64,000 nt of DNA from an uncultured Alphaproteobacteria bacterium (GCA_963819915.1 CAWFXX010000010.1:21289-85288); one strand, 5' to 3'. Counted from the stretch's first letter, positions 40,561 to 51,321 are shown. The notes: generated by a model not told the origin, from the letters alone. A program made the numbers and translations.

Positions 40561-42287
40561 TCAGTGGATTTCGGGCTCCGGGATCACCCCGAGTGGCGCG
40601 AGGAAATCGAAATCGCAGCCTTCATCCGCCTGGCCGATGTGCTGCGAATAAAGCGCGCCGTAGCCGCGCGGATAGCGCGGACCCGGTTGCGTCCAAGCAC
40701 TGCGACGGCGCGCCATCTCCTCGTCCGAAACGTGCAGGTGAATGCGGCGCGCCGGCACGTCAACCTCGATCTCATCGCCAGTTTTCACGAAAGCCAGCGG
40801 GCCTCCGACAAAACTCTCCGGCGCCACGTGCAGAATGCAGGCCCCATAACTGGTGCCGCTCATGCGCGCATCGGAAATACGCAGCATGTCGCGCACGCCT
40901 TGCTTCACAAGTTTCTTCGGGATGGGCAACATGCCCCACTCCGGCATGCCTGGGCCGCCTTTCGGCCCGCCGTTCTTGAGGACGAGGATGTGATCAGGCG
41001 TGACGTCGAGATCGTCGCGCTCAACCTCGCGTGCCATATGGTTGTAGTCCTCGAACGCGATCACCTTGCCGCGATGGCGCAATAGCCGCTTGTCGGCCGC
41101 GGACGGTTTCATCACGCAACCGCGCGGCGCAAGATTTCCGGTGAGGACAGCAGTGGCGCCATCACGCGAAATCGGGTCGGACAGGGGATGGATGACGTCG
41201 CGCTTGTAGACTTCGGCGCCGGCGATATTTTCGCCGATACTCTTTCCCGTCACCGTCAGACAAGACAGATCGAGTTTGTCCCTAAGCTCGCACATCAACG
41301 CACGCAGGCCGCCGGCGTAGAAGAAATCCTCCATCAGGAATCCGCCGGACGGCCGCACATTGGCAAGCACCGGAATGTCGCGCGATATTTCGTCGAACCG
41401 GTTCATGTCGAGCTTGAGGCCAGCGCGGCGCGCCATGGCCACGACATGAATGATGGCGTTGGTGGAGCCGCCCATCGCCATGTGGACACGAATGGCATTG
41501 TCGAAGGCGGCGGGCGTGAGAATCTTTTGCGGCGTCAGGTCATCCCACACCATGTCGACGATGCGGCGGCCCGCGGCCGCGCACATGCGCGGATGACCGG
41601 CATCGGGAGCGGGAATTGAGGAGGCCCCGGGGAGCGCCAGGCCCATTGCCTCGGTTATCGCCATCATGGTCGCGGCCGTGCCCATGACCATGCAGGTCCC
41701 GAATGAGCGCGCAATGCCGCCTTCGATCTCGGCCCATTCTTCTTCGGTAATGCGGCCGGCGCGTCTTTCATCCCAGTATTTCCACGCGTCCGAGCCCGAA
41801 CCGAGCACCTGGCCATGCCAATTGCCGCGCAACTGCGGCCCAGCCGGTACATAGATCGCAGGGATGCCCATGCTGATCGCGCCCATCACCAAAGCCGGCG
41901 TGGTTTTGTCGCAGCCGCCCAGCAGAACGGCGCCATCGATAGGATGGCTGCGCAGAAGTTCTTCGGTCTCCATCGCCAGCAGGTTGCGATAGAGCATGGT
42001 CGACGGTTTAACGAAGGGTTCCGACAACGACATCGCGGGTAATTCGACCGGGAACCCGCCGGCCTGCAGCACGCCGCGCTTCACATCTTCCGCGCGGTCG
42101 CGCAGATGCGTGTGGCAGAAATTGATATCGCTCCAGGTGTTGACGATCCCGATCACGGGCTTGCCGCGGAAGTCGGCTGCGTCGAAGCCGCCCTGGCGCA
42201 GACGCGCGCGATGACCGAAGGCCCGCAGGTCATCGACGCCGAGCCAACGATGGCTGCGCAGCTCTTCGGGACGTTTACGCTTGTCAT
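40561..42287 (-). CDS. IlvD/Edd-family dehydratase (AraD-like sugar-acid dehydratase); probable 1-bp deletion just after the ATG
   Basis: NFCHTHL, GGCDKTTP, GTCMVMGTA, MGGSTN, GGPGMPEWG, DARMSGTSYG; ATG at 42287 is one base out of frame with KRKRPEELRS. Confidence 0.9.
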
Positions 42288-42308
42288 TCCGGTTCTTGCA
42301 CGCGCCCG

Positions 42309-43296
42309 CTAGTTGATCGACAGGTCGGCGGCGTGAACCACCTTTTCCCACTTCGCGGTTTCATCCGCGACGATCTTGCCGAAGTCGGCGGCCGATCCGG
42401 GAATCGGCGTGCCGCCGAGCTCCTTGAGCTTGGCGAGCATCGCCGGATCTTTCAGAGCGAGATTGATCTCCCGGTTGAGGATATCGACGACCTCTTTCGG
42501 CGTGCCGTGCGGAACACCAAGGCCGAAGAATGCACTTGCCTCGTAGCCGGGCACGGTCTCGGCGACGGTCGGCACGTCGGGCAGTTCCTCGGTGCGCTTC
42601 GCGGTGGTCACCGCCAAGGCACGGAGCTTGCCGGCCTTGATGTGGCCGATCGACGACGGCAGATTGTCGAACGTGACCTGCACCTGCCCGCCGAGCAGAT
42701 CGGTGAGCATCGGCGCCGAGCCCTTGTACGGCACGTGCGTCATCTTCGTTCCGGTCATCATTTTGAACAGTTCGCCCGAGAGATGAATCGACGTCCCGTT
42801 GCCGGACGAGGCCACGTTCACCTTGTCCGGGTTGGCTTTCACATAGGCGATGAACTCCGCGACAGTCTTTGCCGGCACCGATGGGTGACTTCCATCACGT
42901 TCGGCACGCGAATGAACCCGCCGACCGGATCGATGTCGCGCAGAAACACGAAATTGAGGTGCTTGTAGAGCGACGCGTTGATGGTGTTCGCCGGGTTGAC
43001 CAGGATCAACGCGTAGCCATCGGGCGGCGCCTTGGCGACAAATTCTGTCGCGAGGTCGTTGCCGGCGCCCGGGCGGTTCTCGACGATGAACTGCTGGCCG
43101 AGGCGCTTGCCGAGCCAATCGCCGAAGAGCCGCGCCAGGATATCGGTCGAGCCACCGGGCGGGTAGCCGACGTAGATGTGCGGTTGGCGGGTCGGATAGT
43201 CGGCCGCCTGCGCATTGCCCAGAGGCAAGGCGCAACGCAGGTCGCGGCAAACGCCGCGCGCAAGACGAACGCAAAAAAACGCTGCATGACCGTCAT
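42309..43296 (-). CDS. Bug/TctC tripartite tricarboxylate transporter substrate-binding protein, two frameshifts (~43230, ~42888)
   Basis: ADYP...[22 protein letters not shown]; then [29 protein letters not shown] in another frame. Confidence 0.9.
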
Positions 43297-43589
43297 CCTC
43301 CCCAGATCTGTTCTCGTTCACTGCGGCCGGCTCTTTCAGTCCGGCGGCGTGATTGGCGGCGTCAAGTTACGCGGCGCGGACGGCCTCCCGCAAGGGTTAG
43401 CACGCGCAGCAGGTGGCCGAATTTCTCCGCCGACAATCCCACGCAAATATTTGATTTTTCGGACAGCCAGCTGGCAGGCTGCGAAGACTGAACGGTCTCT
43501 TAACGAAAACGGCCTTAGGCTCGGCACGAACGCCCGCTTTGGTCGCGTTCAAGTCAGACCCGCCGCGTTTGCGTGCTCCGGAGCAGGTT

Positions 43590-43982
43590 ATGGCCGCGCG
43601 TCACAAGTCCCACCGCCGCTGGTTCCTGCGCGACGTTCCGCGAACCTACATGATGCTGATCTGGCTTGGCTTCTGCTTGACCGTCGTCATCTATCTCAAC
43701 GACTGGCATCCAAGCGGCTGGTCGGCGCTAAGGCCGCAGCAGGTCGCCAAGCCAAAACCGCAACGCAGCGATGCCGAGATCTATACCGGCTCACTCATCA
43801 TCATGCCCGCCGCCGGCGAAAAATGTCAGCAGCTGATGATGGACAATCGCACCGGGCGGATGTGGGACAAAGGCATCGTCAATTGCTACGACGCAGCGAC
43901 GCCGACCCAAAAGGACCCGAGCGAAGCGATCAGCAGCAAAAGAATAAATGCGATCGGCAATGCGTTTCGCGGCGGGAGCTAG
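43590..43982 (+). CDS. Hypothetical single-TM membrane protein
   Basis: One TM segment; YTGSL...C...DNRTG...C...RINAIGNAF pattern. Confidence 0.6.
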   Translation: MAARHKSHRRWFLRDVPRTYMMLIWLGFCLTVVIYLNDWHPSGWSALRPQQVAKPKPQRSDAEIYTGSLIIMPAAGEKCQQLMMDNRTGRMWDKGIVNCYDAATPTQKDPSEAISSKRINAIGNAFRGGS

Positions 43983-44065
43983 TGACGAGCGCGGGTACCG
44001 CCTCACGCGGGAAATTGGCCCGGGCGCCAAAAACTGCCAAAACTGCAATTAACTATCTGATTTAA

Positions 44066-44142
44066 TGGTCGGAGTGGCAGGATTTGAACCTGCGACCCCC
44101 TCGTCCCGAACGAGGTGCGCTACCAGACTGCGCTACACTCCG
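44066..44142 (-). tRNA. tRNA-Pro (anticodon CGG)
   Basis: Reverse complement CGGAGTGTAGCGCAGTCTGGTAGCGCACCTCGTTCGGGACGAGGGGGTCGCAGGTTCAAATCCTGCCACTCCGACCA: cloverleaf, TTC loop, CCA end. Confidence 0.97.
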
Positions 44143-44197
44143 ACTGAAGGCCGGTCTTATAACCCCGGCACCCCTAAACGCAAGCTTGAGAGTGGCG

Positions 44198-45166
44198 ATG
44201 ACCGCCGAGCCAGGAACGCGGACTTTGAAGGCTGATCGCGGGGCGATCGAGGCAGCCGCGCGCTGCCTCGCCGCCGGCGGCCTCGTCGCCTTTCCGACCG
44301 AAACGGTCTACGGGCTCGGCGCCGATGCCGGCAACGGCGAGGCAGTGGCGCGGCTCTATGCGGCGAAGGGCCGCCCCGCGTTCAATCCCTTGATAGCCCA
44401 TGTCGCGGATATTTCCGCGGCGAGGCGCGTGGGCGCGTTCACTGCCGCCGCCGAAAAACTTGCCGCCGCGTTCTGGCCGGGGCCGCTCACGCTTGTGCTC
44501 GCGAAACAACCGGACTGCATCGTTGCCGATCTCGCGCTCGCCGGCCTCGACAGCGTGGCGGTACGCGTCCCCGCGCATCCCGTCGCGCGCAGCCTGATCG
44601 AAGCATTCGGCGGGCCGGTCGTGGCGCCATCGGCGAACCGCTCCGGCCACGTTTCACCAACCAGCGCCGCCCACGTGCTCGCCGATTTGCGCGGCCGCAT
44701 CGATCTCATCATCGACGCGCGGCCCCTGCACGGTCGGCGTGGAGTCGACCATCGTGTCGCTGCCTCGATCAGCCCACGCTGCTGCGCCCGGGCGGCGTAC
44801 CGCGCGAAGCGATCGAGGCCACGCTCGGCAGCTGCGCTGGCAACGGCTCCGCTGGCCGACGATGCGCCGGTGGCGCCCGGCATGTTGTCATCGCATTACG
44901 CACCGAAGGCGGCTCTGCGCCTTGACGCGGACGGCGCCGAAAACGGCGAGGTGCTGCTGGCCTTCGGCACGGCGCCGGCCTTTTCCGGCACGATGCTCAA
45001 TCTCTCTCCGCGCGGCGACCTCATCGAGGCAGCTGCCAACCTGTTTTCACATTTGCGCGCACTGGACGCTTCCGGTGCCCGCCGCATCGCGGTAATGAAG
45101 GTGCCGCACGATGGCCTCGGCGAGGCGATCAATGATCGCCTCAAACGCGCCGCGGCACCGCGCTGA
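44198..45166 (+). CDS. tsaC: L-threonylcarbamoyladenylate synthase, Sua5 type; three internal +1 indels
   Basis: PTETVYGLGA, KGRPAFNPLI, FWPGPLT, APSANRSG, PGMLSSHYAP; GVESTIV motif displaced into another frame. Confidence 0.92.
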   Translation: MTAEPGTRTLKADRGAIEAAARCLAAGGLVAFPTETVYGLGADAGNGEAVARLYAAKGRPAFNPLIAHVADISAARRVGAFTAAAEKLAAAFWPGPLTLVLAKQPDCIVADLALAGLDSVAVRVPAHPVARSLIEAFGGPVVAPSANRSGHVSPTSAAHVLADLRGRIDLIIDARPLHGRRGVDHRVAASISPRCCARAAYRAKRSRPRSAAALATAPLADDAPVAPGMLSSHYAPKAALRLDADGAENGEVLLAFGTAPAFSGTMLNLSPRGDLIEAAANLFSHLRALDASGARRIAVMKVPHDGLGEAINDRLKRAAAPR

Positions 45167-45176
45167 AGGGAATCGT

Positions 45177-45743
45177 ATGAAACAGATTCGTCTCATAAAG
45201 ACGATACCTGCCATTGCGCTCTTCGTGGTTGCCGGCGCCGCACAGGCGGACGTAGAGAAATTCATGAGCAACTGCGACGGCAAGCTGTGCCCGTATTTTC
45301 AGCTCGCGCTAACGCCGCCTGACGGCTGGGTCGTCGAACAGGAAGCCACCAATAAAAACAGAATTCAGATCCTCGTGCCGAAGGGCAGGAACTTTGGTAA
45401 CGCCCCCGCGCTGATCTACGTGCAGGTGTTTTTTCATCGCGACAAGAAGCAATCGCTCGCCAATTTCGCCGAGGTCAGCAACGACCGCTGGCGCGCCAAC
45501 GTGAAAGGCGCAAAGATATCTGCGCTGCCCGAGGTCAAGCGCGCGAACGGAAAACCAGGATTTCTCCGTTTTGCCTTCGAAAATCCGACCAAGGCTCAGC
45601 AATCGTATGAGATGGGCGCGTTCGGCACCGATGGAGATAAGGACGGCAATGAATTTATATTGGACGTCGTGATGACGGGGCTCAATAAGGCCGCCGTTGA
45701 TGCCGTCGAAAAGGACTATGTCGCCTTCCTGAAAGCGCATTGA
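45177..45743 (+). CDS. Hypothetical exported protein
   Basis: Signal peptide (AQA/D), CDGKLC motif, plausible codon usage. Confidence 0.65.
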   Translation: MKQIRLIKTIPAIALFVVAGAAQADVEKFMSNCDGKLCPYFQLALTPPDGWVVEQEATNKNRIQILVPKGRNFGNAPALIYVQVFFHRDKKQSLANFAEVSNDRWRANVKGAKISALPEVKRANGKPGFLRFAFENPTKAQQSYEMGAFGTDGDKDGNEFILDVVMTGLNKAAVDAVEKDYVAFLKAH

Positions 45744-45796
45744 CGCCATGCGCCGCGCGCTATGACGCTCGCCTCAAATTGAACTAGAGTAACTAC

Positions 45797-47215
45797 ATGC
45801 TTGACCAGCCCCGCCTCGACCCCGAACTTTTGAACCGCTTTGCGGCGATCGTTGGCCCCAAATATGCGGTCACCGACAAATCCGCGCAGGAGCCATATCT
45901 CGTCGAGATGCGCGACCTTTACCACGGCCACACGCCAGTCGTATTGCGGCCGGGTTCGGTCGAGGAAGTTTCCGCCATTCTCAAGCTCGCCAATGAAACG
46001 CGCACGGCGATCGTACCGCAGGGCGGCAATACCGGACTCGTGGGCGGCCAAATTCCGCATAATGGCGAAGTGCTGCTGTCGCTGACGCGGCTCGACAAGA
46101 TCCGCGAGGTCGACCCCGTCTCGAATACAATGACCGTGGAAGCCGGGGTCACGCTGCAACGCGCACGTGAGGCGGCCGCCGAAGCCGACCGGCTCTATCC
46201 GCAATTGTTGCCGTCGGAAGGCAGCTGCACAATCGGGGGCAATCTCTCCACCAATGCCGGTGGCACCGCCGCGATTGCTCACGGCATCGCGCGCTCCCAT
46301 GCGCTCGGCCTCGAGGTCGTGCTGGCCGACGGACGCGTGCTGCATAATCTCAACAAGCTGAAGAAGGACAATACCGGCTACGACCTGAAGAACCTGTTCA
46401 TCGGGTCGGAAGGCACGCTCGGCATCATCACGGCAGCGGTGCTGCGGCTGGTGCCCAGGCCGCGCTCGGTCGAGACCGCATTTGCAGGCGTGCCCTCGCC
46501 ACAGGCGGCGGTCGATCTCCTGAAATTGGCCGAGCAGCACACGTCGGACGGCGTAACCTCGTTTGAGATGATGCTGCGCGCGGGTGTCGAAGCCGTCGTG
46601 GAACATGATGCGGCGAGCCGCAACCCGCTGGCTACACCGCATCCGTGGTACGTGCTGATCGAATTGTCCTCGCAGGCGCGCTCGGGTCTGCGCGCGATGA
46701 TGGAGAACATCCTCAGCGAGGGGCACGAGAAAGGCCTGGTGCTCGACGCCACGATCGCCGACAACGTGCAGCAGGGCAAAGCCTTCTGGCGCATCAGGGA
46801 AATGTTTGGCGAAGTGCAACGCCACATCGGCGCCTCGATCAAGCATGACGTCTCGGTGCCGGTCGCCAATGTGCCGGCCTTTATCGCTGAGGCCGATGCG
46901 GCCGTCATGAAGTTCATTCCGGGCAGCAGGACGCTGCCGTTCGGACACGTCGGCGACGGCAATATCCACTACAACGTTATGCAGCCCGAAGGTGCCGACA
47001 AAGCCCAGTTCCTGGCGCGCTGGGACGAGGTGAATGCGGTGGTTTTCGAAGTGGTGAAAAAATTTGGCGGCTCAATATCGGCAGAACACGGCGTCGGCGT
47101 CATGAAACGCGGCATCTTGCCGAAATACAAAGACCCGGTGGCGCTCGAACTGATGCGCGGCCTCAAGCGGATGCTCGATCCCAACGGCATCCTCAATCCG
47201 GGCAAGGTGCTCTAG
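45797..47215 (+). CDS. FAD-binding oxidoreductase (D-2-hydroxyacid dehydrogenase/GlcD-like)
   Basis: PQGGNTGLVGG, GGNLSTNAGG, GSEGTLGII, GHVGDGNIH, SAEHGVG, NPGK. Confidence 0.93.
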   Translation: MLDQPRLDPELLNRFAAIVGPKYAVTDKSAQEPYLVEMRDLYHGHTPVVLRPGSVEEVSAILKLANETRTAIVPQGGNTGLVGGQIPHNGEVLLSLTRLDKIREVDPVSNTMTVEAGVTLQRAREAAAEADRLYPQLLPSEGSCTIGGNLSTNAGGTAAIAHGIARSHALGLEVVLADGRVLHNLNKLKKDNTGYDLKNLFIGSEGTLGIITAAVLRLVPRPRSVETAFAGVPSPQAAVDLLKLAEQHTSDGVTSFEMMLRAGVEAVVEHDAASRNPLATPHPWYVLIELSSQARSGLRAMMENILSEGHEKGLVLDATIADNVQQGKAFWRIREMFGEVQRHIGASIKHDVSVPVANVPAFIAEADAAVMKFIPGSRTLPFGHVGDGNIHYNVMQPEGADKAQFLARWDEVNAVVFEVVKKFGGSISAEHGVGVMKRGILPKYKDPVALELMRGLKRMLDPNGILNPGKVL

Positions 47216-47222
47216 GCGCCAA

Positions 47223-47988
47223 TCAAAACAGTGCCCCCTGCCCGTCATCCTTCTTGGCACTCTTGGCCGTTTGCGGGGCGCGCGCGGCGTAACCGGCTTC
47301 GGCGCCGGCTCGCTTCGGTAGGTCCGGACCAAGGCTCGACCAGTTGGGCATTGTCGTTCGCCGTGCGATTGACGGCGGTGGAGACCTCGTAGGCCTCGAG
47401 CAGGTCATCGGCCGCGGGCGCGATCAGGGCTGCCGCCGTTTCGGCGTCGACAGTCGCGCAATCGAGCCACAGATCGAAAGCCTCCCGCGGCACCACCACC
47501 GGCATGCGTTCGTGGATCGGCGCGAGCGTACGATTGGCGCGCGTGGTGACAATGGCCGCAGTTTCCATCTCTTCGCCGTTGGGCCCGGTCCAGGTCTCCC
47601 ACAGGCCGGCGAAGGCAAGTGGCGCGCCGGACTTCGCGCGCACGTAGTAAGGCTGCTTACGCGGCCCCGCCGCTTTCCATTCGTAAAAACCGTCGGCCGG
47701 GATGAGGCAGCGCCGCCGCTTCACCGCGGCGCGGAAGGCCGGCTTTTCCGTTAACGATTCCCCGCGCGCGTTGATCAGCAAGGTGAAATTCTTGGGGTCC
47801 TTAACCCACGATGGCAGCAGCCCCCAACGCACCAGCGCGAACTGACGTTTACCCTCGATCAGGCGCACGATTGCGATGGGCTGCGTCGGCGCAACGTTGT
47901 AGCGCGGCGGGAAATTCGGCTGCTCGGGGTAGCCGAACAGCGCCCGGATGGCCTCCGGCGCAGACGTGACTGCATAGCGGCCGCACAT
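47223..47988 (-). CDS. SOS response-associated peptidase (SRAP/YedK), frameshift near C-terminus (~47325)
   Basis: MCGRY, YNVAPTQ, INARGE, RRCLIPADGFYEW, HERMP; ...KKDDGQGALF end lies in another frame. Confidence 0.92.
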
Positions 47989-48013
47989 AAAGCGATCCCT
48001 AACAGGCGGGTAT

Positions 48014-48029
48014 TTAAGCGCAATTTAAC
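48014..48029 (+). promoter_or_regulatory. CtrA consensus box between the divergent SRAP and hypothetical genes
   Basis: TTAA-GCGCAAT-TTAAC. Confidence 0.55.
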
Positions 48030-48077
48030 CCCGCACGATAACACTGCGACCCGGTCCGCGTCGCGGGAAGGGGCTCG

Positions 48078-48599
48078 ATGAAATATCAGAATTCAGCCGA
48101 CGCGGTTCAAGCGCCGGATGACACATTTGATATCGCAGCGGGTCTGCGCCTCTCCGATGCCAACATACATCCGGAGACCGGTCTCGCGACCGACTATCTT
48201 AACCGCTTCAATGAAGCGGTGATGTTGCTTGACATGCTGGCGAGCTGCCCGGAATTCCGCGCCGATTTCCTGGCCTGGAAACCGATGAGCTATCGCGAGC
48301 ATTTCCGCGCTTCGCATCTCAAGACCCGCGACCTCGCAATCGCGGCCTATGACACAGCCGATCCCAACGTCCGCAACACGCTGGACACTCTGGCCGTGAC
48401 GATGACCATCGTGCTAGAGGCAACGCGGGCGGCGATGGACGCCGACCGGCGTCTGGACACGATTGCGGCACTCGCCGAGAACGCCACCGCATGGCTGAAG
48501 CCACTGATTGCACGCGCCGGCGCGGTGATCAACGGCGAGGCCGACCTGACCGACGCGCCGTCGCCGCAGGCCGTCGTTGACCAGTTGATGAAACGATAG
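48078..48599 (+). CDS. Hypothetical protein
   Basis: ANIHPETGLATDYLNRFNE...W.PMSY.EHF..S motif; strong coding signal. Confidence 0.75.
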   Translation: MKYQNSADAVQAPDDTFDIAAGLRLSDANIHPETGLATDYLNRFNEAVMLLDMLASCPEFRADFLAWKPMSYREHFRASHLKTRDLAIAAYDTADPNVRNTLDTLAVTMTIVLEATRAAMDADRRLDTIAALAENATAWLKPLIARAGAVINGEADLTDAPSPQAVVDQLMKR

Positions 48600-48604
48600 A
48601 CCGC

Positions 48605-49042
48605 GTGGCCGACGAGAGAACCTACCCGCAGCGCCCTTATCTGGCGGTGAGCGCCGCCATCTTCCGCAATGGCAAAGTGCTCGTGGTGCGGCGCGCGCGC
48701 AAGCCCGCGCTCAACCTCTATACTTTGCCCGGCGGTGTCGTCGAAACAGGCGAGCCTCTTGCCGATGCCGTCGTCCGCGAGGTGCGCGAGGAGACTTCGC
48801 TTGAGATCGAACCCATCGGACTTGCCGGCCACCGCGAGGTGATCGTACGCGACGCCGAAGGCCGCGTCGAACGGCATTTCGTCATCATGTCTTTTGCCGC
48901 GCGCTGGCGCGCGGGCGAACCGACTCTCAATGAAGAGCTAGACGATGCGCGCTGGCTCGAGCCGCCGGAGCTCGCCAACTATCGCACCACCGACGGCCTG
49001 GCTGAGATTGTCGCTGCCGCAGCGGCGCTGTTGGATCCCTGA
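48605..49042 (+). CDS. NUDIX hydrolase
   Basis: PGGVVETGE...VVREVREETSL Nudix box. Confidence 0.93.
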   Translation: MADERTYPQRPYLAVSAAIFRNGKVLVVRRARKPALNLYTLPGGVVETGEPLADAVVREVREETSLEIEPIGLAGHREVIVRDAEGRVERHFVIMSFAARWRAGEPTLNEELDDARWLEPPELANYRTTDGLAEIVAAAAALLDP

Positions 49043-49111
49043 CCGGGCCGCCTTGCGATTGCCGTCAAGCCGGCGCATATCATGCGCAAAAGGAATATCG
49101 GGAAAGCCCGC

Positions 49112-49486
49112 GTGAAGAAGCTCCTCACCATCGGCTCGATTCTGCTGTGCCTCACGCTCCCGGCGCGCGCGCAGAGCGATACGCCCGCCCCGTTTGACGG
49201 CGACCTCGAACGGCTCGCCGAGGTCATGGGCGCGCTGCATTATCTGCGCGCAATCTGCGGCGCCAACGAAGGACCAAAGTGGCGGAATGAGATGCAGTCC
49301 CTGATCGACGCCGAGGCGCCGAACGGCGATCGCCGCCGCAAGATCGTGGCCAGCTTCAATCGTGGTTACCGCGGATTTCAGCAGACCTATCGCTCATGCA
49401 CGCCCGCCGCGGATATTGCCATCCGGCGGTACCTCGACGAAGGCGCAAAAATCGCCCGTGAAATCACAGCGAGATATGCAAATTAG
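49112..49486 (+). CDS. TIGR02301 family exported protein
   Basis: RLAEVMGALHYLRAIC, WRNEM, FNRGY, YRSCT. Confidence 0.85.
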   Translation: MKKLLTIGSILLCLTLPARAQSDTPAPFDGDLERLAEVMGALHYLRAICGANEGPKWRNEMQSLIDAEAPNGDRRRKIVASFNRGYRGFQQTYRSCTPAADIAIRRYLDEGAKIAREITARYAN

Positions 49487-49603
49487 CCGGCCCAATTAAC
49501 CTTTTCTTTATTGCGGGGTTTTGAGCCCGCGCCCGCATGCTAACGTCCGCGCGGGTTTTCAAGTTGGTGTCCGTCGGGCGCCTGGGGACGTAGGTATAAA
49601 AAA

Positions 49604-49870
49604 ATGACGATAGCGGGACATTCAGCCGAAGCGAGCGAGCCGATTTCCGATCGCGAGCAAAAGCATGTGGCATTGAGCTACCTTCAGGAAGCCTGGGCCG
49701 AGGCGCGCCACGAAGGAGTCGACGGCGATTGCCTCGCGCAAACGTCCTTGTTTGTCGCATTGGCCGAGTTCGTGACAACGTACGGCGAAGAAGCAGCCGC
49801 GAAATTTACTGACGGATTGAGCGCCCGCATTCGGAACGGCGAGTTCTCGATCGAGCTGCCGCGGCAATAA
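49604..49870 (+). CDS. Small hypothetical protein
   Basis: ALSYLQEAWAEAR.EGVDGDCLA...RIRNGEFS. Confidence 0.7.
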   Translation: MTIAGHSAEASEPISDREQKHVALSYLQEAWAEARHEGVDGDCLAQTSLFVALAEFVTTYGEEAAAKFTDGLSARIRNGEFSIELPRQ

Positions 49871-49884
49871 CCGCTTCTCATCAA

Positions 49885-51219
49885 TTAACTCGCAAGAGTT
49901 TCCAGGAAACGCACGCGCTCGCCCTGTGCGGGCGTGACCAGGCTGCCGTCCCACATGATCTTCCGCCCGCGAATGATCGTGCCGACCGGCCAGCCGGTCA
50001 CGGCAACGCCGTCGTACGGTGTCCAGCCCGCCCGCGAAGCGACCCACTTGTCGGTGATGGTCTCGCGGCGCTTGAGGTCAACCACGGTAAAGTCAGCATC
50101 ATAGCCGACCGCTATCCGGCCCTTGGCGGCAATACCGAAAAGCCGCGCGGGCCCCGCGCTGGTCAGATCGACGAACCTCAGCAGTGAGAGCCGTCCGGCA
50201 TTCACGTGGTCGAGCATGATCGGCACCAGCGTCTGCACACCGGTCATCCCGGACGGACTTGCCGGATAGGCCTTGGCTTTTTCCTCGCGCGTATGCGGAG
50301 CATGGTCGGAGCCGAGCACATCGACAACGCCGCTCGTGATGCCGCCCCAGATGCCGGCGCAGTGCGCCGCGTCACGCACCGGCGGATTCATCTGTGCGCG
50401 CGTGCCAAGCCGTTCGTAACAGCCGGGCGCTACCAACGTAAGATGGTGCGGCGTCGTCTCGACCGACGCGACGTCCTTGTGACCGGCGAGATACTCCATC
50501 TCCTGCATCGTTGACACGTGCAGCACGTGCACGCGCGCACCGGTTTCGTGCGCGATGGTGACAAGCCGCTGCGTGGCCTTGAGCGCGGCGATTTCGTCGC
50601 GCCAGACCGGATGCGACCGTGGATCGCCTTCAACCCGCAGGTTCTTTCTTTCGTTGAGACGCGGCTCATCCTCGGCATGAAATGAGGCGCGGCGCCGGAT
50701 TTTCTCCAGCACGGCGCGCAGGCCCACATCATCCGCCACCAACAGCGACCCGGTCGAGGAGCCCATGAACACCTTGATGCCGGCGCAACCGGGAAGCCGC
50801 TCAAGCTCCCTGAGATCTCCAGTGTTGCCGGCGGTGGCGCCGACAAAAAATGCGAAGTCGCAATGCATCCGATGATGCCCGCGCTTGACCTTATCGGCCA
50901 ATGCCTCGGCGCTCACGGTGAGCGGATCAGTATTCGGCATTTCGAACACCGCGGTCACGCCACCCATAACCGCGGACAGCGAGCCGCTTTCGAGGTCTTC
51001 TTTGTGGGTCAGGCCGGGCTCGCGAAAGTGCACCTGGCTGTCGATCACGCCTGGCAAGACATGCAGGCCGCGGCAATCGATCACCTCACCGACCGAAACG
51101 CGCGACAGGTCGCCGATTGCGACGATACGCCCGGCGCGGATGCCGATATCGCGAAGACCCTCGCCGTCGTGATTGACGACGGTGCCGCCCTTGAGGACCA
51201 GATCGTAGCTGTCAGCCAT
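49885..51219 (-). CDS. pyrC: Dihydroorotase
   Basis: PGVIDSQVHFREPG, EMPNT, KVFMGSS, MNPP, SDHAPH. Confidence 0.92.
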   Translation of the reverse strand: MADSYDLVLKGGTVVNHDGEGLRDIGIRAGRIVAIGDLSRVSVGEVIDCRGLHVLPGVIDSQVHFREPGLTHKEDLESGSLSAVMGGVTAVFEMPNTDPLTVSAEALADKVKRGHHRMHCDFAFFVGATAGNTGDLRELERLPGCAGIKVFMGSSTGSLLVADDVGLRAVLEKIRRRASFHAEDEPRLNERKNLRVEGDPRSHPVWRDEIAALKATQRLVTIAHETGARVHVLHVSTMQEMEYLAGHKDVASVETTPHHLTLVAPGCYERLGTRAQMNPPVRDAAHCAGIWGGITSGVVDVLGSDHAPHTREEKAKAYPASPSGMTGVQTLVPIMLDHVNAGRLSLLRFVDLTSAGPARLFGIAAKGRIAVGYDADFTVVDLKRRETITDKWVASRAGWTPYDGVAVTGWPVGTIIRGRKIMWDGSLVTPAQGERVRFLETLAS

Positions 51220-51321
51220 GCTTTAACGTGTATAGACGGGGCTTGAGGCTTTCCCGACAGCGCTTACGTTCCGCCGCGAGTTCTGGCAAGAGACTATCGC
51301 AAGAGACCCCAGGGAATTGGC

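Noticed and set aside
44066-44142. tRNA-Pro as a genomic-island integration site
   Set aside because: No integrase, no duplicated tRNA 3' end and no foreign cargo visible beside it
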